The notes beneath the pieces were generated by a model that saw only the letters and a program-made list of their open reading frames with translations, was not told the origin of the DNA and did not search any database. DNA of 64,000 nt from Moniliella sp. 'wahieum' (Eukaryota): positions 434,001 through 498,000 of the forward strand of contig RSEE01000026.1 of NCBI GenBank assembly GCA_003971905.1, given 5' to 3'. Shown here one piece after another: positions 21,235 through 34,577 of this stretch (positions within the stretch are counted from its first letter, which is position 1; every line of letters starts with the position of its first letter). Made by a program: the position numbers and the translations under genes.

Positions 21235-23509
21235 ATGTCTACATCCAAGTCTGCACCTCCGTATACCCGCCGCGCTATCGTGCGCAACCCAGCCACACGC
21301 CTTACTCCTGCAGGTGCAGAACCCAGCACGGACCTGGCGCAGGTCCGGAGCTTCCACCGGAGCTTTGCATCCTACGCGCCCTCGCCGCTGGTCTCACTCC
21401 CTGCCGTGGCGGCAAAAGTGGGCGTGAAAGCCGTGTACATCAAAGTCGAGGCAGACCGCTTCGGTCTGCCGGCCTTCAAGGCGCTCGGTGCGTCCTGGGC
21501 CATCTTCCGCGCCCTTGCCGCGCACGTTGGTGCCGACCCCATCCGTGTCGAAAGAAGACGTTATCGCGCGCATTGCTGCCCTGCCTTCGCGCCCGGTCCT
21601 CCTGGCAGCGACTGATGGCAACCATGGCCGCGCTGTTGCGCGTATGGCAGCGCTCTTTGGCGTCAAGTCTCACATCTTTGTCCCTGCCGCCATGGACTCG
21701 CTTACCCAGCAGCTCATCCGCGACGAAGGCGCCGACCTGACGATCGTCCAGGACGACTATGACCAAACGGTTGTCCAGGCTGCCCAGGCTGCCCAGAACG
21801 GGGGCGGCATTCTGATTCAAGACACGAGCTTTGAAGGGTACACCGACGTTCCCGCGTGGACTGTGCAAGGGTACAGCACCGTCCTATCCGAAGCCGAGGA
21901 GCAACTGAAGCAAGATGGAGTGGAGGCTACAGTAGTCGTTGCGCCGGTCGGGGTCGGATCGTTTGCCGAGGCGGTGGCGACGCACGTCGAGAGTAGCAAC
22001 AAGACTTTGGTGACCGTCGAAGCTGACACGGCAGCATGCCTCCAAACGTCACTTTCCAAAGGGGAACGCACCTCCGTTTCCACCTCGCCCACCATCATGG
22101 CCGGGTTGAACTGCGGCACACCCTCGCTTACCGCCTGGCCGCTTTTGCGCCGCACAGTGGACTGGAGCGTAACCGTGTCAGATCCCGAGGCGGACGAGGC
22201 CGTGAAAGAACTGAAGGCGTACCACGTCTCTGCCGGACCTTGTGGCGCAGCCACCTTGGCCGGCCTCTATCGGTTGAAAGCGACGCCTGCGCTGGACAGC
22301 GACAGTGTGGTCCTCCTCCTGTCGACCGAGGGAGGAAGGACCTACGTCCCCCCTCCCTCCCTCGAGCTTTTGCAGTCGGAAGACCCTGTGGTGCTGACAC
22401 AGGCGTTGGTCCGGATCAATTCGTCCAATCCGTCTCTCTCGCAGTCCGGTGGTGCAGGCGAAGCAGAAATCGCGACCTTCATCGCAGCGTGGCTCGCCTA
22501 CCGCGGCGTGAAGGTCACATGGCTCGAAGCGCATGCGGGGCGGCCTTCGATCGTGGGCCGCGCACCTGGTCTAGGCGGGGGCAAGACGATCATGTTCAAC
22601 GGGCACGTCGACACGGTCTCCTTGGCCACGTACGAGGGCGACGGGCTGGTGAGCGAGGTGCAAACCTACCAGGGCAAATCGGTGGTTACCGGTCGAGGTG
22701 CGGCGGATATGAAATCCGGTTTGGCCTGTGGCATGGCCGCTTTGGCCTCCGTCTTGCGCACGCCTGTAAGGGGCGATGTGATCTTGGCCTACGTGTCGGA
22801 TGAGGAGGACAAGTCGCTCGGTACGCAGAATGTACTTGACCAGGGCATCACGGCGGATGGGGCAGTGGTGCTAGAGCCGATGCCGCAAAAGCAAGTGATA
22901 TATGCGCACAAGGGCTTTACCTGGGCACGCATCACCGTTCATGGGTGCGCAGCGCATGGATCCGATGCATTGCAGGGCAAAGACGCCATTCTGCTGTCCC
23001 GCCATGTACTCAATGCGCTTGCGAGCCTCCCTCTGCCTACCCACACGACGTTGGGACCGGCGACGATGCATCTCGGCTCGATTGAAGGAGGGGAGGAACC
23101 ATCATCCTACCCTGCCCAGTGCAGTTTCGTCGTCGAGTTCCGCACGCTGCCCTCACAGTCGGCCGAGACGCTGCGCACACAGCTGGATGAGATGCTGAAG
23201 GAAGTGACGCGTGTTCATCCCGAAGTGGAGTGTGCACCGGTCCAGATCCTGTTCGACCGGCCACCACTTGCGCTGCAGTCGGACCACGAGCTGGTGCAGA
23301 AGCTCCAAGCTGTTTCTGCCAGCGAGCTGCCGACGGCCACGCTGGCGTTTTGGACGGATGCGGCGCTTCTGCAGGGAGCTGGGATTCCGGCGGTGGTGTA
23401 TGGGCCGGTTGGGGGTGGGATGCATGCCAAGTTTGAGTACATCGAGGTCGACTCGGTGCGTGAAGTGACGAGGGCGCTCGTGCAATTCATCCCCCTCTTC
23501 TGTAATTAG
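21235..23509 (+). CDS. Fusion of diaminopropionate ammonia-lyase-like PLP enzyme (fold type II) and M20/ArgE-DapE amidohydrolase
   Basis: N-half: YAPSPL, RFGLPAFKALGASWA (PLP Lys), ATDGNHGRAVA, IQDT..GY, PVGVGS, TIMAGLNCG. C-half: FNGHVDTV, GRGAADMK, DEED, AHKG, HGCAAHGS, FWTDAA, GGGMHAKFEY. One frameshift near 21540; no intron seen. Confidence 0.9.
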
Positions 23510-23839
23510 TAGAATGCATATGCGCGTTGACCCTATATGAGGCTCGCTTAGATAGGTTGGAAACGGAAAAATGGGCTCGGAAGCGGCCTGGTATGCACGC
23601 CCGTGTAAGTGCCATGCCCGTCATCCGCTCCGTAATGGAATACGACACGTTCACCCCCAAATGCCTTGATGACCACATGCGCGACGAAGTCAGTTCGGCC
23701 AGCAGTAGGGAGAGTGGGGATGGAGGTGGTTACTTCTTAGGAGGCAGGCGAGTCTGTCTGGATCCCTCCATTCCTCCTCCTATCGCGTGTGCTTACCCAC
23801 GTATACATGGGCATAGTATATCCATCCATCCATCCGTCC

Positions 23840-24440
23840 TCACTGGTCCCATACCCGGCTCGGCCGCAAGCTCGTCATGCGCCCCGTCGGCTGGCGCGCA
23901 GCAGCCGACTCCAAGGAAGAGACGCGCTGCCTGTCCCTCGCAGCAGTGCCCTCGCCCTCGCCCCCATCCTCCCCTTCACCTCCACCTTCATCCTCGTCCT
24001 GCGCCGGGGTGGTGAACAAGCTGGTAATGGCCGGTCGTTTTGGTTTCTTCGGCGGTAAATAGTAGGGTGACTCTAGAAAGCACAACAAGATCAGGTTGGT
24101 ATATGTTCCAAAGAAGAATGGACAAGCAAACAAAAGAAAGAAGGAAAGAAGAAACAACGTACCCCCCGTATTGTGCGCCTTGGCAAAATACACCAATTCC
24201 GGTGCTTGAGACACAATCATCGGCTTGGCCCCATCGTACACGCCTTCAATCGGCTCCAACCCAATGTACGCCGCCACACTGCTCAAGCGCAACGGATTGA
24301 GCGAGGTGTAGGTTTGCCATCCCACCCGCTGCCTGCCAACGTCTGTTTCCCCTCGTACCTGAGGCCTGACAGCCAAACCGACCCTCTCGCTGGGCAAGTG
24401 GCATGCTCTGCTGCCCTTCCCTTGTAGAGCCGGGGTGGTG
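23840..24440 (-). CDS. Small hypothetical protein, divergent from the phosphate carrier; start uncertain
   Basis: Protein-like ORF with an in-frame 90-nt intron at 24073-24162 (GTACGT..CTGAT..TAG). Confidence 0.4.
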
Positions 24441-24973
24441 CAGTTGGTAACTTCTAAGTTTAACGTTTACTGGCCGAGGAGCGGCTTACCTAACAGCGGC
24501 TGGGCTCGTGCTCTATCTATCGACCGACCGGTGACCAGTGACCATCTATCTGCACTGCCGCGGCAAACTTTGTGCGCAGCGTGAGAAGAGGACAGGGGGC
24601 GGCATGCAGCAGGCGGCGGCCAACAGCGCCACTGGCTGCCCCCCTGGCGGCTCGGAGCACGCCGGAAGCGCACTGCCGCCACACTGGCGCCGCGCTGCCC
24701 GGCGCTCAGCCGGGCGGGTGATCGCGAGTTGATGACATACGCGCTGCTGACAGCGCCCACGTGCCCCCCGCATTGCAGCTGCCGGCACACTCGCTCTGCG
24801 CGGCCGCCCGCACCCGGGCAGTCGCCCACGCGTGCCAGCTGGGCCGCCCAGCAGCCAGCGAATCTTCTCTGCTGTGTTCCTTCGCCCGCCCGCCCGCTCG
24901 ACGCTGTCCTACTCTTTCCCCCACCACCCCGTGCCGTTGCCCCCCCCCCCCCCTGTCCTTGAAGCCGGCCAAG

Positions 24974-25959
24974 ATGGCGTTCTCTCCCATGTTCCAGTCC
25001 CTCAACGCGCCCGTCTCGGCGTCGGCGTACCCCATTCACGCCCCTGCCGAGGGCGCCAAGGGCCCCCAGGGCGTCGAGCTCTACCTCCGCTTTGCCCTTG
25101 CCGGTGCCGTCGGCTGCGCCATCACCCACGGCGGTATGACGCCCGTCGATGTGGTCAAGACCCGTATCCAGCTTGAGCCCGAGGTGTACAACAAGGGCAT
25201 GATCACCGCCTTCCGCCAGATTGTTTCCAAGGAGGGCGCCGGCGCCCTTCTCACTGGCTTTGGCCCCACCCCGCTGGCTACTTCATCCAGGGTGCCTTCA
25301 AGTTTGGTGGGTACGAGTTCTGGAAGAAGACTTTCATTGACGCGCTTGGCTACGAGACGGCCGTTGCCAACAAGGCTGCTGTCTACCTCGGTGCCTCGGC
25401 CGTGGCTGAGTTCTTTGCCGACATTGCTCTCTGCCCTCTGGAGGCTACCCGTATCCGTCTTGTGTCGGAGCCTGGCTTTGCCAATGGCCTGATTGGTGCG
25501 TTCAGCAAGATTGCCAAGAACGAGGGCATTGGTGGATTCTACGCTGGCTTTGGCCCTATCCTCTTCAAGCAGGTTCCTTACACCATGGCCAAGTTCGCCG
25601 TGTTCGAGATTGCGTACGAGAAGCTGGTTGCGATTTCGGGCAAGAGCAAGGAGGAGATCACGGGTGGTCTCAGCACCTCGCTCAACTTGAGCGCCGGTGT
25701 GATTGCCGGTCTGGCCGCTGCCTTCATCTCCCAGCCTGCCGACACGCTGCTGTCCAAGATCAACAAGACCAAGGCTCTCCCTGGCGAGACGACGACCGGC
25801 CGTCTGGTCAACATTGCCAAGCAGATCGGTGTCAAGGGTCTCTTCACTGGTATGGGCGCACGTTTCGTCATGATTGGTACCCTTACCGCTGGCCAGTTCG
25901 CTCTCTACGGCGACATCAAGAAGGCCCTCGGCGCCACGGCTGGTGTCGACCTCAAGTAA
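24974..25959 (+). CDS. MIR1: Mitochondrial phosphate carrier (SLC25A3/Mir1)
   Basis: [74 protein letters not shown]; strong codon bias; one frameshift near 25270. Confidence 0.96.
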
Positions 25960-27358
25960 ATTGGTCGCGCCAGTTAGGTGATACCTTTTGTCTCGAACGC
26001 ACAGGCACAGACACAGGTACAGGTACAGCCAATGCATCCCCACCTCCCTGTGATGCGCTTTGCTTGCACCTTACTCGCCCTGCCACCAGAGATGGATGCA
26101 CTGCCCGTGTGCATTTCATGACTCGCCTCGGGAGCACCCCAGTGTTGTGAATGTGAACATGTCAGTCGCTCAGATTGATGGACAGAGTGATGGAACGAGC
26201 AGGCGTGGGATCTCAGAAAAGAACAGATGAGCCAGAGGTGGCAGTACATCATCCATGGTGCATGCTGCATGTGCATGAGGCCTGAGGGACCAACGTTCCG
26301 GGCGGTTCAATTTCAGGATAGATTCGTGAGATAAGATAATCGGTTTATCGGAAAAGCTGTCATGCATGTCATGCATCATGCACATGTCCGAATCATGCAT
26401 CAGGCCTTAGGCCTTAGGGTGCACCTAAAGCCGCGCATTGCCGCGGAGCTGCTGGAATCGTGACGCGTGGCGCGTGACGGCCGCCAAGTTCCTCCTGTAT
26501 CGATTATCGCTATAACTGCTCCTTGTTGAACCACCCAAAGCGCGCGCCGCAAATGACTTTGGATCATCTTGGGAGTTGTTTCCCTGTCCTTTTTGCTCAT
26601 GGGCCATGCAGTGGGGAAGAGGCGTTGTCCCCTTGTTGCGTTTTAGTCCCTCACTATTCGACCCCAACGTTTCCCGGTCGTCTTGTCCCGGGCTATTTTA
26701 AGAACATGCGTCTTCCGAGTCCACCACACCGCCTCTTCTTCCCTCTTTTCCCGCACCTGTTTAGCCATGGCGGCGGGCTAGGCGCACCTTTCAATCAACG
26801 GCTACCCTACGATTGTCTTTGTGCTGATACTACAACTTGCCCGTAGCATGGGTGGCGGCTTCGTGTTCATGGCTGTCATCTTCATCGATCTTCTCATCCA
26901 AAACATCTGTCCTCTGCGATCCAAGAAGACCGCACAGGACGACTGTGCACCTTCTGTGGTTAGAATGGAAGCTGTCATCTGGAGGAGTCTGGATCGTGCG
27001 CTCATCGTGCCGAAGTATCTCTCTATTGGCTCTTGCCCTTTCCCCTTCCCTTTCCCTTGGCTACGCTTGCCATTTTGCTAGCGGCGATGAAGAGGGGGAT
27101 GAGATTGAGATCTGAGATGGGGCGCGATGAGGCCGTGGAGGGGGCTTTGGGTGTCAGGCTCGAGGCAGGGCCCCAGCGGCGGTGGGACAATTCTGCCCCT
27201 TCATACAAATATGCTGCGCTCCTTGTTGCGCTATCCAAGCGGGACGGATCTCTTGCGGTCCGATCATGCATGGCCTGCACAACACACACTCTACATTGTC
27301 TGGGATCCACAAAAAGCTAAAGCCAAAGTCCATATAGTGGAGAGGAAGAGAAGCACGT

Positions 27359-28894
27359 CTAGCTTGGCCGGTTAGAAGAGCGGCTACCTCCAACAAACAG
27401 GTTCTTGATGCCCTCCTTGATATTTTCAGCGTCCTTGCGCGCGTTGGAGTGAATGTTGGAATGGAAAGCTTGGGTATCCTTGCGCATGGCAGGTACTTCT
27501 CCATCACACCCAGTGCGATAAGAGACTTGAGAACTTGCACTTGGACATGTCCACCCCAGCTTGCGATAGGGCATACACAAACGACCTGAAATGCTCAGGA
27601 CCTGTGCGGTAGTGCCCGCTGAGCGGCGATAAGGAGCGTAGCACTCCATCCTGCACCTGGATCAACCCAGCTGACAAACCCGGCCACATTGAGGAACGAA
27701 CTGTGCTGGAACTTGCCTGGTGTCTTCTTGCCCACGTACAGTTCCAAGTTCTGGTTGCAAACGTAAATCCTAACACAGAAACAAGGTCAGTTGCCCACCC
27801 TCATTGCAACAAACAACCCATCAGGTATATACGAACCAAGTGTTGGACTTGATCGTCTTGCGCATCAACTTGTCTGTCCACCCTGAGTTGGTCAGAAGCT
27901 TGAGCGGGCCACGGGCGGTCGACGTAGTGGTAGAGTAATGCGCTGCCGCCTCCTTCTCCTCGTCGGAATTGCCATCGGAGCTGTACTTGCTCCAATCGGA
28001 CCCGGACGAGGAAGACGAAAGAAGAAGAAGAAGCAGACTCGCTCGAATTCCGCCGACGGGCCTCGTCACGAGCGTCCCGAGCCTCCTTCTCACTCAACGG
28101 ACCGATCCCCCGCCCCTCGCCCAAATCCGTCCAGCGGTAGGGAGACGTATCGACCGCCTGGCCGTTGCGCCGAAAGATGAGGCCCTTAGCGTCCACATCG
28201 ACAATGTAATTGCGTCGCTGGGATGCGGTCAAGTAGGTGACACATTCTGCGTCGAGCTGAGCGCGAGAGCACGAAGCAAGTCACTTTTTCCCCTCGCCAT
28301 GATCAAGCCAATAGAAAAAGTTTTGTTCGGTTGGCTGTTGGCCCACTCGGTATGGTAATGCTTCAGGTTGGAGCCGTAGCGGTGGTGCTTATCAACCAGC
28401 TCAAGCCAATACCCCTGGTCCATCATCTTACCGTCCTTGCCACCCTTTTCGGGCTGCCCCGCGCCGCCCAACGCTCAATCAGGTGCAAACTCTTCTCCTG
28501 CGTTGCGGGCAGCGACTCGTTACGCTTAGTCCGCGGCACAAGCGACGGTCCTCCAACCACAGGACCATCAGGCTTCTCCGCCGCATCCTGCGCACTCTGT
28601 TCCTCCGCATCCCCATCCGCACGACCACCCTCATCCGTCTGGACCTGGACCTGAGCTTGACCCACGCGCGTCGACCAGCAAGCTGCTGCACATAAAACGC
28701 TCCGCGCTGCCAACCGCTGCTGCGGTGCGCCCGGCTGCTGCGATCGCGACTGCTGCTGCACCTGCTTACTCGTAAGCGACGACAAGGTCTCGCCCAACAG
28801 CTGGTCCGCACGCTGCGACGCGTGCCGCTTCCATGCCTCTTGGATCACTTGGCAGCTGGTCCTTCCTCGTGCGGCGGAAGAAGGGGGTGGCCAT
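27359..28894 (-). CDS. IQ calmodulin-binding motif protein (fungal/plant IQM family)
   Basis: IQEAWKRH, YWLELVDKHHRYGSNLKHYH, FYWLDHGEGK, YVGKKTPGKFQHSSFL, LSPLSGHYR; intron 27770-27836; frameshifts. Confidence 0.85.
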
Positions 28895-29738
28895 GGAGGA
28901 GGAGGTGGTGGCAGCGGGCCTCGATCCGGGGGGGGGCAGTGGGGAGGACTGGGGTTAGGGGGCCAGCCTGCAGTGGCTAGTGGCTACTGCCCGGGTCAAG
29001 TGGCCGGGTCAAGTGACCTGACCATGATCACCTGGCCGGCTGACCGGTGACATGCAGTGGCTGGTGGCGGCGGAAGAAACCGAGCCTGGTGGTGGGTCAC
29101 ACACTGACACTGCCCCTGTGCGGGCATCACCGGTCCACCCCACAACACCGACGGGGGGTGTGGGATACGTGCTGCTGCCCCCTGTCGCTCAGGCTGAGCG
29201 CGCAGGCGCTCAGGCTGAGCTCCTTCTCAGGCTCCACAAGCTTTAAGCTCCTTCTCACATCCGACTTGGCTTTGGCTGGGCCTCGGGGCTCGAACGCGCC
29301 GTCGGTCACATGTGCATGGCCAAGGTAAGCGTCCAGCTGGATGGGTGTGGTCCAAAGCGCCTCAGGCCTCAGGCCAACACGAGCGTCGTCATCGACGTCA
29401 TCAATCTGTTTACCCATTCATCGATCGTCATCGTCATCGTCATCGATCATCAACTAGTGACATGTGACAGTCCCTAGGCACAGTACTCCCTCACTAATCA
29501 CTACCGTCGCCTCCTGCCACGAAAGACGAAACGAAATGCAGGGGACCGCAGGCGTGGTGGCCCACCGGCACGGCGTCGCTAGTCACTCGTACCGCGCTCC
29601 CCGTCCTGGCACCTCGAGTGCATCGAATTATCGCAGCGGGGAACGTGGGAGGACTCAAGTAGGGACTACCGACTACCGAGATGGGGTTGTGGCTGCGCAT
29701 GCGCCAAGCGCTGCGCCCCGTAGTAGCCCGCAGCTCTG

Positions 29739-29778
29739 GCATTAGCATTAGCATTAGCATTAGCTTAGCATTAGCATT
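29739..29778. repeat. (GCATTA)n microsatellite
   Basis: gcattagcattagcattagcattagcttagcattagcatt. Confidence 0.9.
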
Positions 29779-30779
29779 GGGCTTGGCAGTGACATGCATG
29801 ACATGTGACACGTGAAATTTGAAACGTGCGAGCGAGAGACGAAGAGAAACCCCCGAAAATGCACACGTCTACTCTGCCAGGAAAGAAGAAAGAAGAATCG
29901 TCTCGTTGGAGAGAATGCGCGCTGGTTAGTACATGTTTTTGGCTTGTGCCCGACTTAGATCTTACTGCAGCCATGTTTTTGTGCATAACGTTTTTGCATA
30001 TTAATCACAGACCCGTGTTGTCCATCACTAAGTACTAACCGCGTTTCTCGATCCATCCCAGGTTGCTGAGCTCCATATACTGCATACTCGGCACTCTCGG
30101 TACTCGGTACTTGTTATTTGGTACATGATACGATCTCCGTCCCATCCCCCCGTACATGTGGAGAATACCTAAGCGCCCGTTGGTCCATCATGTATCATGT
30201 ATCATGTATCAACCATCATCGACATCATCTCTCTCTCCGACCTGCACATGTTCTGCAGTCCTAAGGGCTCAGGCTGAGCTGTCAGCTGACACGCCCAGCA
30301 TCAACAACGCAACAACTACTATAGGTCGCACGCTTGTAGTGCATCCGACGGACAAAAGAGCATCAAGGACTTGAATTTGAGTAAACGCACAAAAACCAAC
30401 CAACCCACACCACAAAACACTTATCCCCACACCCATGCCCACTCCCACTCCCACTCCCATTGGCTGTTGTGTGGAAGAGGAGGAGGCGTGTGGGTTGGTG
30501 TGGAAGATGAGGAGGCATGTTTGTGGGTTGTGGTGTGGTCGGAACGTTTCACCCCCCACCAATCACCGAACACACTCGTCATCTGAATGTGTAGAGGGTG
30601 TGGTCGTAGAAGAAGGACAAAAGAGGGAGATGGAGACGGAGGCCATAGAATGGAAGAGACTGGGGGGGAAAGGGCACGGAGAGGATGAAGGCGATACGAT
30701 TCATACTGGAACAATCAGCCCCGGTGAGAGCCGGAAGCCGAGTGGAGTAGGTAGAAAGAAAATCAAAACTTGGTAAAAA

Positions 30780-30825
30780 CGAATCGAAAATCGAAAATCG
30801 AGAATCGAGAATCGAATCGAATCAA
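30780..30825. repeat. Degenerate (GAAAATC/GAGAATC/GAATC)n microsatellite
   Basis: cgaatcgaaaatcgaaaatcgagaatcgagaatcgaatcgaatc. Confidence 0.85.
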
Positions 30826-31094
30826 ATGGCTCGTATCGTGGTACCCACAAAGGTACCCCTGTGTGCGAATACGAAACGAGGATGTAATGTGGTGCGCGCG
30901 CAAAGTCGGGGGCATGTGGCATAGCGAAACAGGCAAACCAAGAGAAACCAAAATCTTAAGGAATAGAGACAGGTGGTGGCCACAAAAGGAGAAAAAAAGG
31001 AAAGAATAACGAGTGCCCAAGTTTCTTTTTTCTTATACCAAGAACCGAGGATGAAAAAGATCACAGGGGTGTGTGCCCATCATAAACCAAAAGA

Positions 31095-34000
31095 CTACAC
31101 TACCTCCTCTTTGTCGGTCGACAGATCCGCGGCCTTGTGAGCTGGAAGTCCACCTCCGCTCGACGAAGAAGGGGCGCCCGGTGGACCCGGTGCACTGGGA
31201 GGACCAGGAGGACCAGGAGGACCAGGAGGACCAGGAGGACCGAGGACCAGGAGGACCGGGTGGCCCTCCGCCGCCTGGCCCGCCACCGCGCGCGCGGCCT
31301 TGCGCATGGCAATCGCCTTGTGCTGGTCCCGACGGATAAAGAAGGGGAAGACAGCAAGGAGAATGACGAGCCAAGCAAACAGGATGACCCAATTGACAAA
31401 CAAGCCCACGTTCGGGCCTTGGTCGTACAGGATCTTGAGAAAGGCTTGACGTAGGTTGTAAAAGGGTAGTGCGTACGAGATGCGGTAGAAGCTGTTCAGC
31501 ATCGGGATCGGGTACTGCGCCCCAGAAACGTTCATGATCACGAGGAACATCAGCCCAAATGCGACAAACTTGGGCCCAAGGAGTTCCAGTGCCAATTCAG
31601 TCAAGAGCCCTAGAACCATCATACCGGTAAACATCATGGCAAAGAAGGCAAGAAGCCGGCGGCTGCGCTCGGACCTAGATTGGAAAACTTGGCGTGGAAA
31701 GGCAAGTTGATCATGCTAAATACGAACGAAACGAACAGGTAGGTGAGAGTGGGGATTGCCAGGCGCAGGATCAAAAGGTGGCGAAGACGCAAAAACGGAA
31801 GGATCGGTTGCCGGGAACCAAAGAGCGCCATGGTAATGTGAACGCTAAGAGCAAAATGTAGATCAACCCGACAAACGTGGTAGCAACCGTGACTGTTTGG
31901 TCAAATGGATTGATGTCGTTCTCGGTAAAGTCGACAGCGTGGCCGATGGTCTGAGGGGCTTGGAGGCCAAAGTTAAGTACCGTCGTCATCTCGGTACTGT
32001 TGGTTTCGAACGAAGCCGTGTTCTGGATCCAGGTCGAAGTAATGTTGATGTTGAGCTGGTCCATCGTGTCAATTAAGACCCCCTTGGTGGGCCCCACAAT
32101 CTGACTGGTCATTGCCATGTAGTTGCGCGCCGAGGTGTACCAAATCTGAATGACCGCATTGGGGTCCCACTTCGTGTCCCCTGATTGTTGGGCCGTGACA
32201 AGCGCCTGGGTAGCATTGTTCATCACTTCAACCGCCACCCAAGCCGACTGTCCGTCTTCAATGCCTTGTGGATGCTGTCTGTCGTAGGGAAATCCGAACG
32301 GGTTTTGGCAACCCAGTGAAGGCGTTTCTTGTTGCCCGGGTGGTCACTTGCCAACAACGCCGTTTGGATCACATCGCCAATCTGTCCGTTAGGGTCACCG
32401 TTGATGACGAAAGCTGTCAAGTTACGAGAGGTAAGGCGGTAAAGCGAACCCCACTGCACATATGGACAAGATAACGTTAGTCATTTTCCTGTGAAGCGTT
32501 CCATGAAATCTATACTCACAAAGATAGGTACGATGCCCCAAATGACAACAACTGACAAGAGGGCGATAAAGGGCACGTAGCCCTTGAAGATGGGCTGGAA
32601 CAAGGGCCGCAGCTTGGGATCAAAGATACTGTGGCTTGCAAACTCGAGCGGAGGCTTGCCCCCCGGAGGTCCACACCGGGGGGGCCGCCGCCAGGGGGGC
32701 CAGCACCTTCGTTTCCACCCGGTGTGGGCCCGCAGCAGGGTTGGGAGTGCACCTCCCGGTTTCTTCTCATCATCATCCAGTGGCATCATGCTCGACCTGT
32801 GCCCCGAGATGAACGACTTGCGCGCACTACCCGTCATATCCCAAGTGAGCGACGCTTCCAGTCGACCAATGTGGCTGTTGAAGCACGACTGATAATCGTG
32901 TTACGGTTCATCCAAGAACCGGTCGAAGGAGTAGGTGGCAATCCTTCATCTGCCAGACCCGAAGAAGGGGGAGCAGCCGTGGCTGGTTCTTCCTCCTCCT
33001 CTACCGCCCCTTCCTCCTCACTCTCCGCAAGGGGCTCGCAGTGAGAGAATCGCCGCTCTTCGTCCTTGCTTCCACTTCCCCGGCTGGAGGCAGAGCTGAG
33101 GGTGGGCTCACCCGTTTGGGCAGCTGCCAACGCAGCAAGTGACGGAGGAGGGGGAAGATCATTGCCATCACTACTAAGGATTGCCGAGTGTCGGCGGGAA
33201 GGAACATGAACAAATCTCGTCGACCGAAGGGGAAGAGTACGCGCTTGGTGATGAATGTGCATGCGGTGAAGGATGGGAAGGGCTGATGGGCGGAGAAGTG
33301 GAGCGGGCTGGGTGGTAAGTGCGAATCGTATCAGCCGTAGCAGCTGCTTCGGGAACCCGGGGAGGATCCAGTCGCAAAGGACTAGACAGTGGACCCAAGT
33401 GAGATGCCTCCTGGTTCCGTGGGTCGGCGAGCGACAGAGACTGAGAAAGTCTATTATGAGGAGTGTGCAGGGATGTCTGTACTGAATTGGGAGACCCGTG
33501 TCATGTTCTCCATTGTACCAAGAGAGTCTCGCCGCAAAAGGTGGCCCTTGTCTTGGTTGAACCCCGTCTTGCTCTCTTTTCCGCGTTCAACCATTTGCGT
33601 CTGCGCATTACCTCCACCCCGTTGCCATCGTCGGCGCGTTCCATTTTGGGGGCAAGGGGAAGGGCCTTTAGTCTTGTCCCCGCCCGCGGTGCACTGCCGT
33701 TGGCATGATGCGCATCAGTGAGCCGGTGATGGGCAGCTCCGTGTGATCCTGTTTGACAGGAAGAAATTGCAGGCGATGAAGAAGAAAGATCCAACGACTT
33801 GGGCGGCTTTGCTGGTAGGGACGGAGCAGCCGCGTGATCTGTTTTCTCATATTCTTTTTGCTCTGGTTCTTGCATTTGATCCTGTTCTTGCTCTTGAATC
33901 TGCTGGCTTAGACGCTGAGCAAAGGACTGGCCACGGTAGTCTTGATGCACCCGGAAGAGTGTCGGAGAAGAGGAAGTGACTCCGACGCCGGATGCTTCAT

Positions 34001-34577
34001 GACCGGGAGAATGGTTGCTGTGATCGGAGGTGGAGGCACTGATGGCTGTAAGGTTGTAGACGGATGAATCGTCAGCACCGTCGGGATCATAATGACCGTC
34101 GTTATTGTCATCAGCGTCATACAAGACCATTCCATGCGCGCTCCCCCCCAAACGTTGAGAGGTTGATAGGGGTTGGAGAGGTTGGAGATGGAAGCGGGAC
34201 GCTCGTTCCCCTCAGCAACGGCGGGGTGCGGGTTTCAGTGAAGCTCCTTGGCTCCTCATGGGCCGTGTCAGGAGCGGGAGTGAGGAGGAATGAGTGGCAT
34301 GCGAGTGGGATGGGAGAGGACGAGGGTATGGGTGCGGCGAGAGACGATTGGACGGATGGCCGTCGGCGGAGGCCGAGATGGAGGGCGCGGGTGACGAGGC
34401 GGGCGAAGAGTCGTTGGTCTGAACCTCACGGGCGAGGGGATGGCGTGGGCGACCGCCACCAGACACGGCGCTGAGCACCGGACTGCTGACGTGGGGGCTG
34501 CTGCTGCTAGCGCGCTGGCGGGCCTGGGCGCGCTGGATGGCTGCTTGAAGTCCGGTGAGGGCCGGTGTGGTGGCCAT
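31095..34577 (-). CDS. SNG1/DUF3533 family membrane protein, probably with a long disordered N-terminal region (the 5' part may be a separate gene)
   Basis: WGSLYRL, SARNY, TFVGLIYILLLAF, FLVIMNVSG..YPIPMLNSFYRISYALPFYNL. Contiguous low-complexity minus-strand ORFs run back to MATTPALTG at 34577. Intron near 32455-32515. Confidence 0.7.

Noticed and set aside
25081..26043. 320-aa minus-strand ORF
   Set aside because: Antisense shadow of the phosphate carrier.
26706..27320. Possible small membrane-protein gene
   Set aside because: Fragmentary frames without a clear start, splice pattern or homology.
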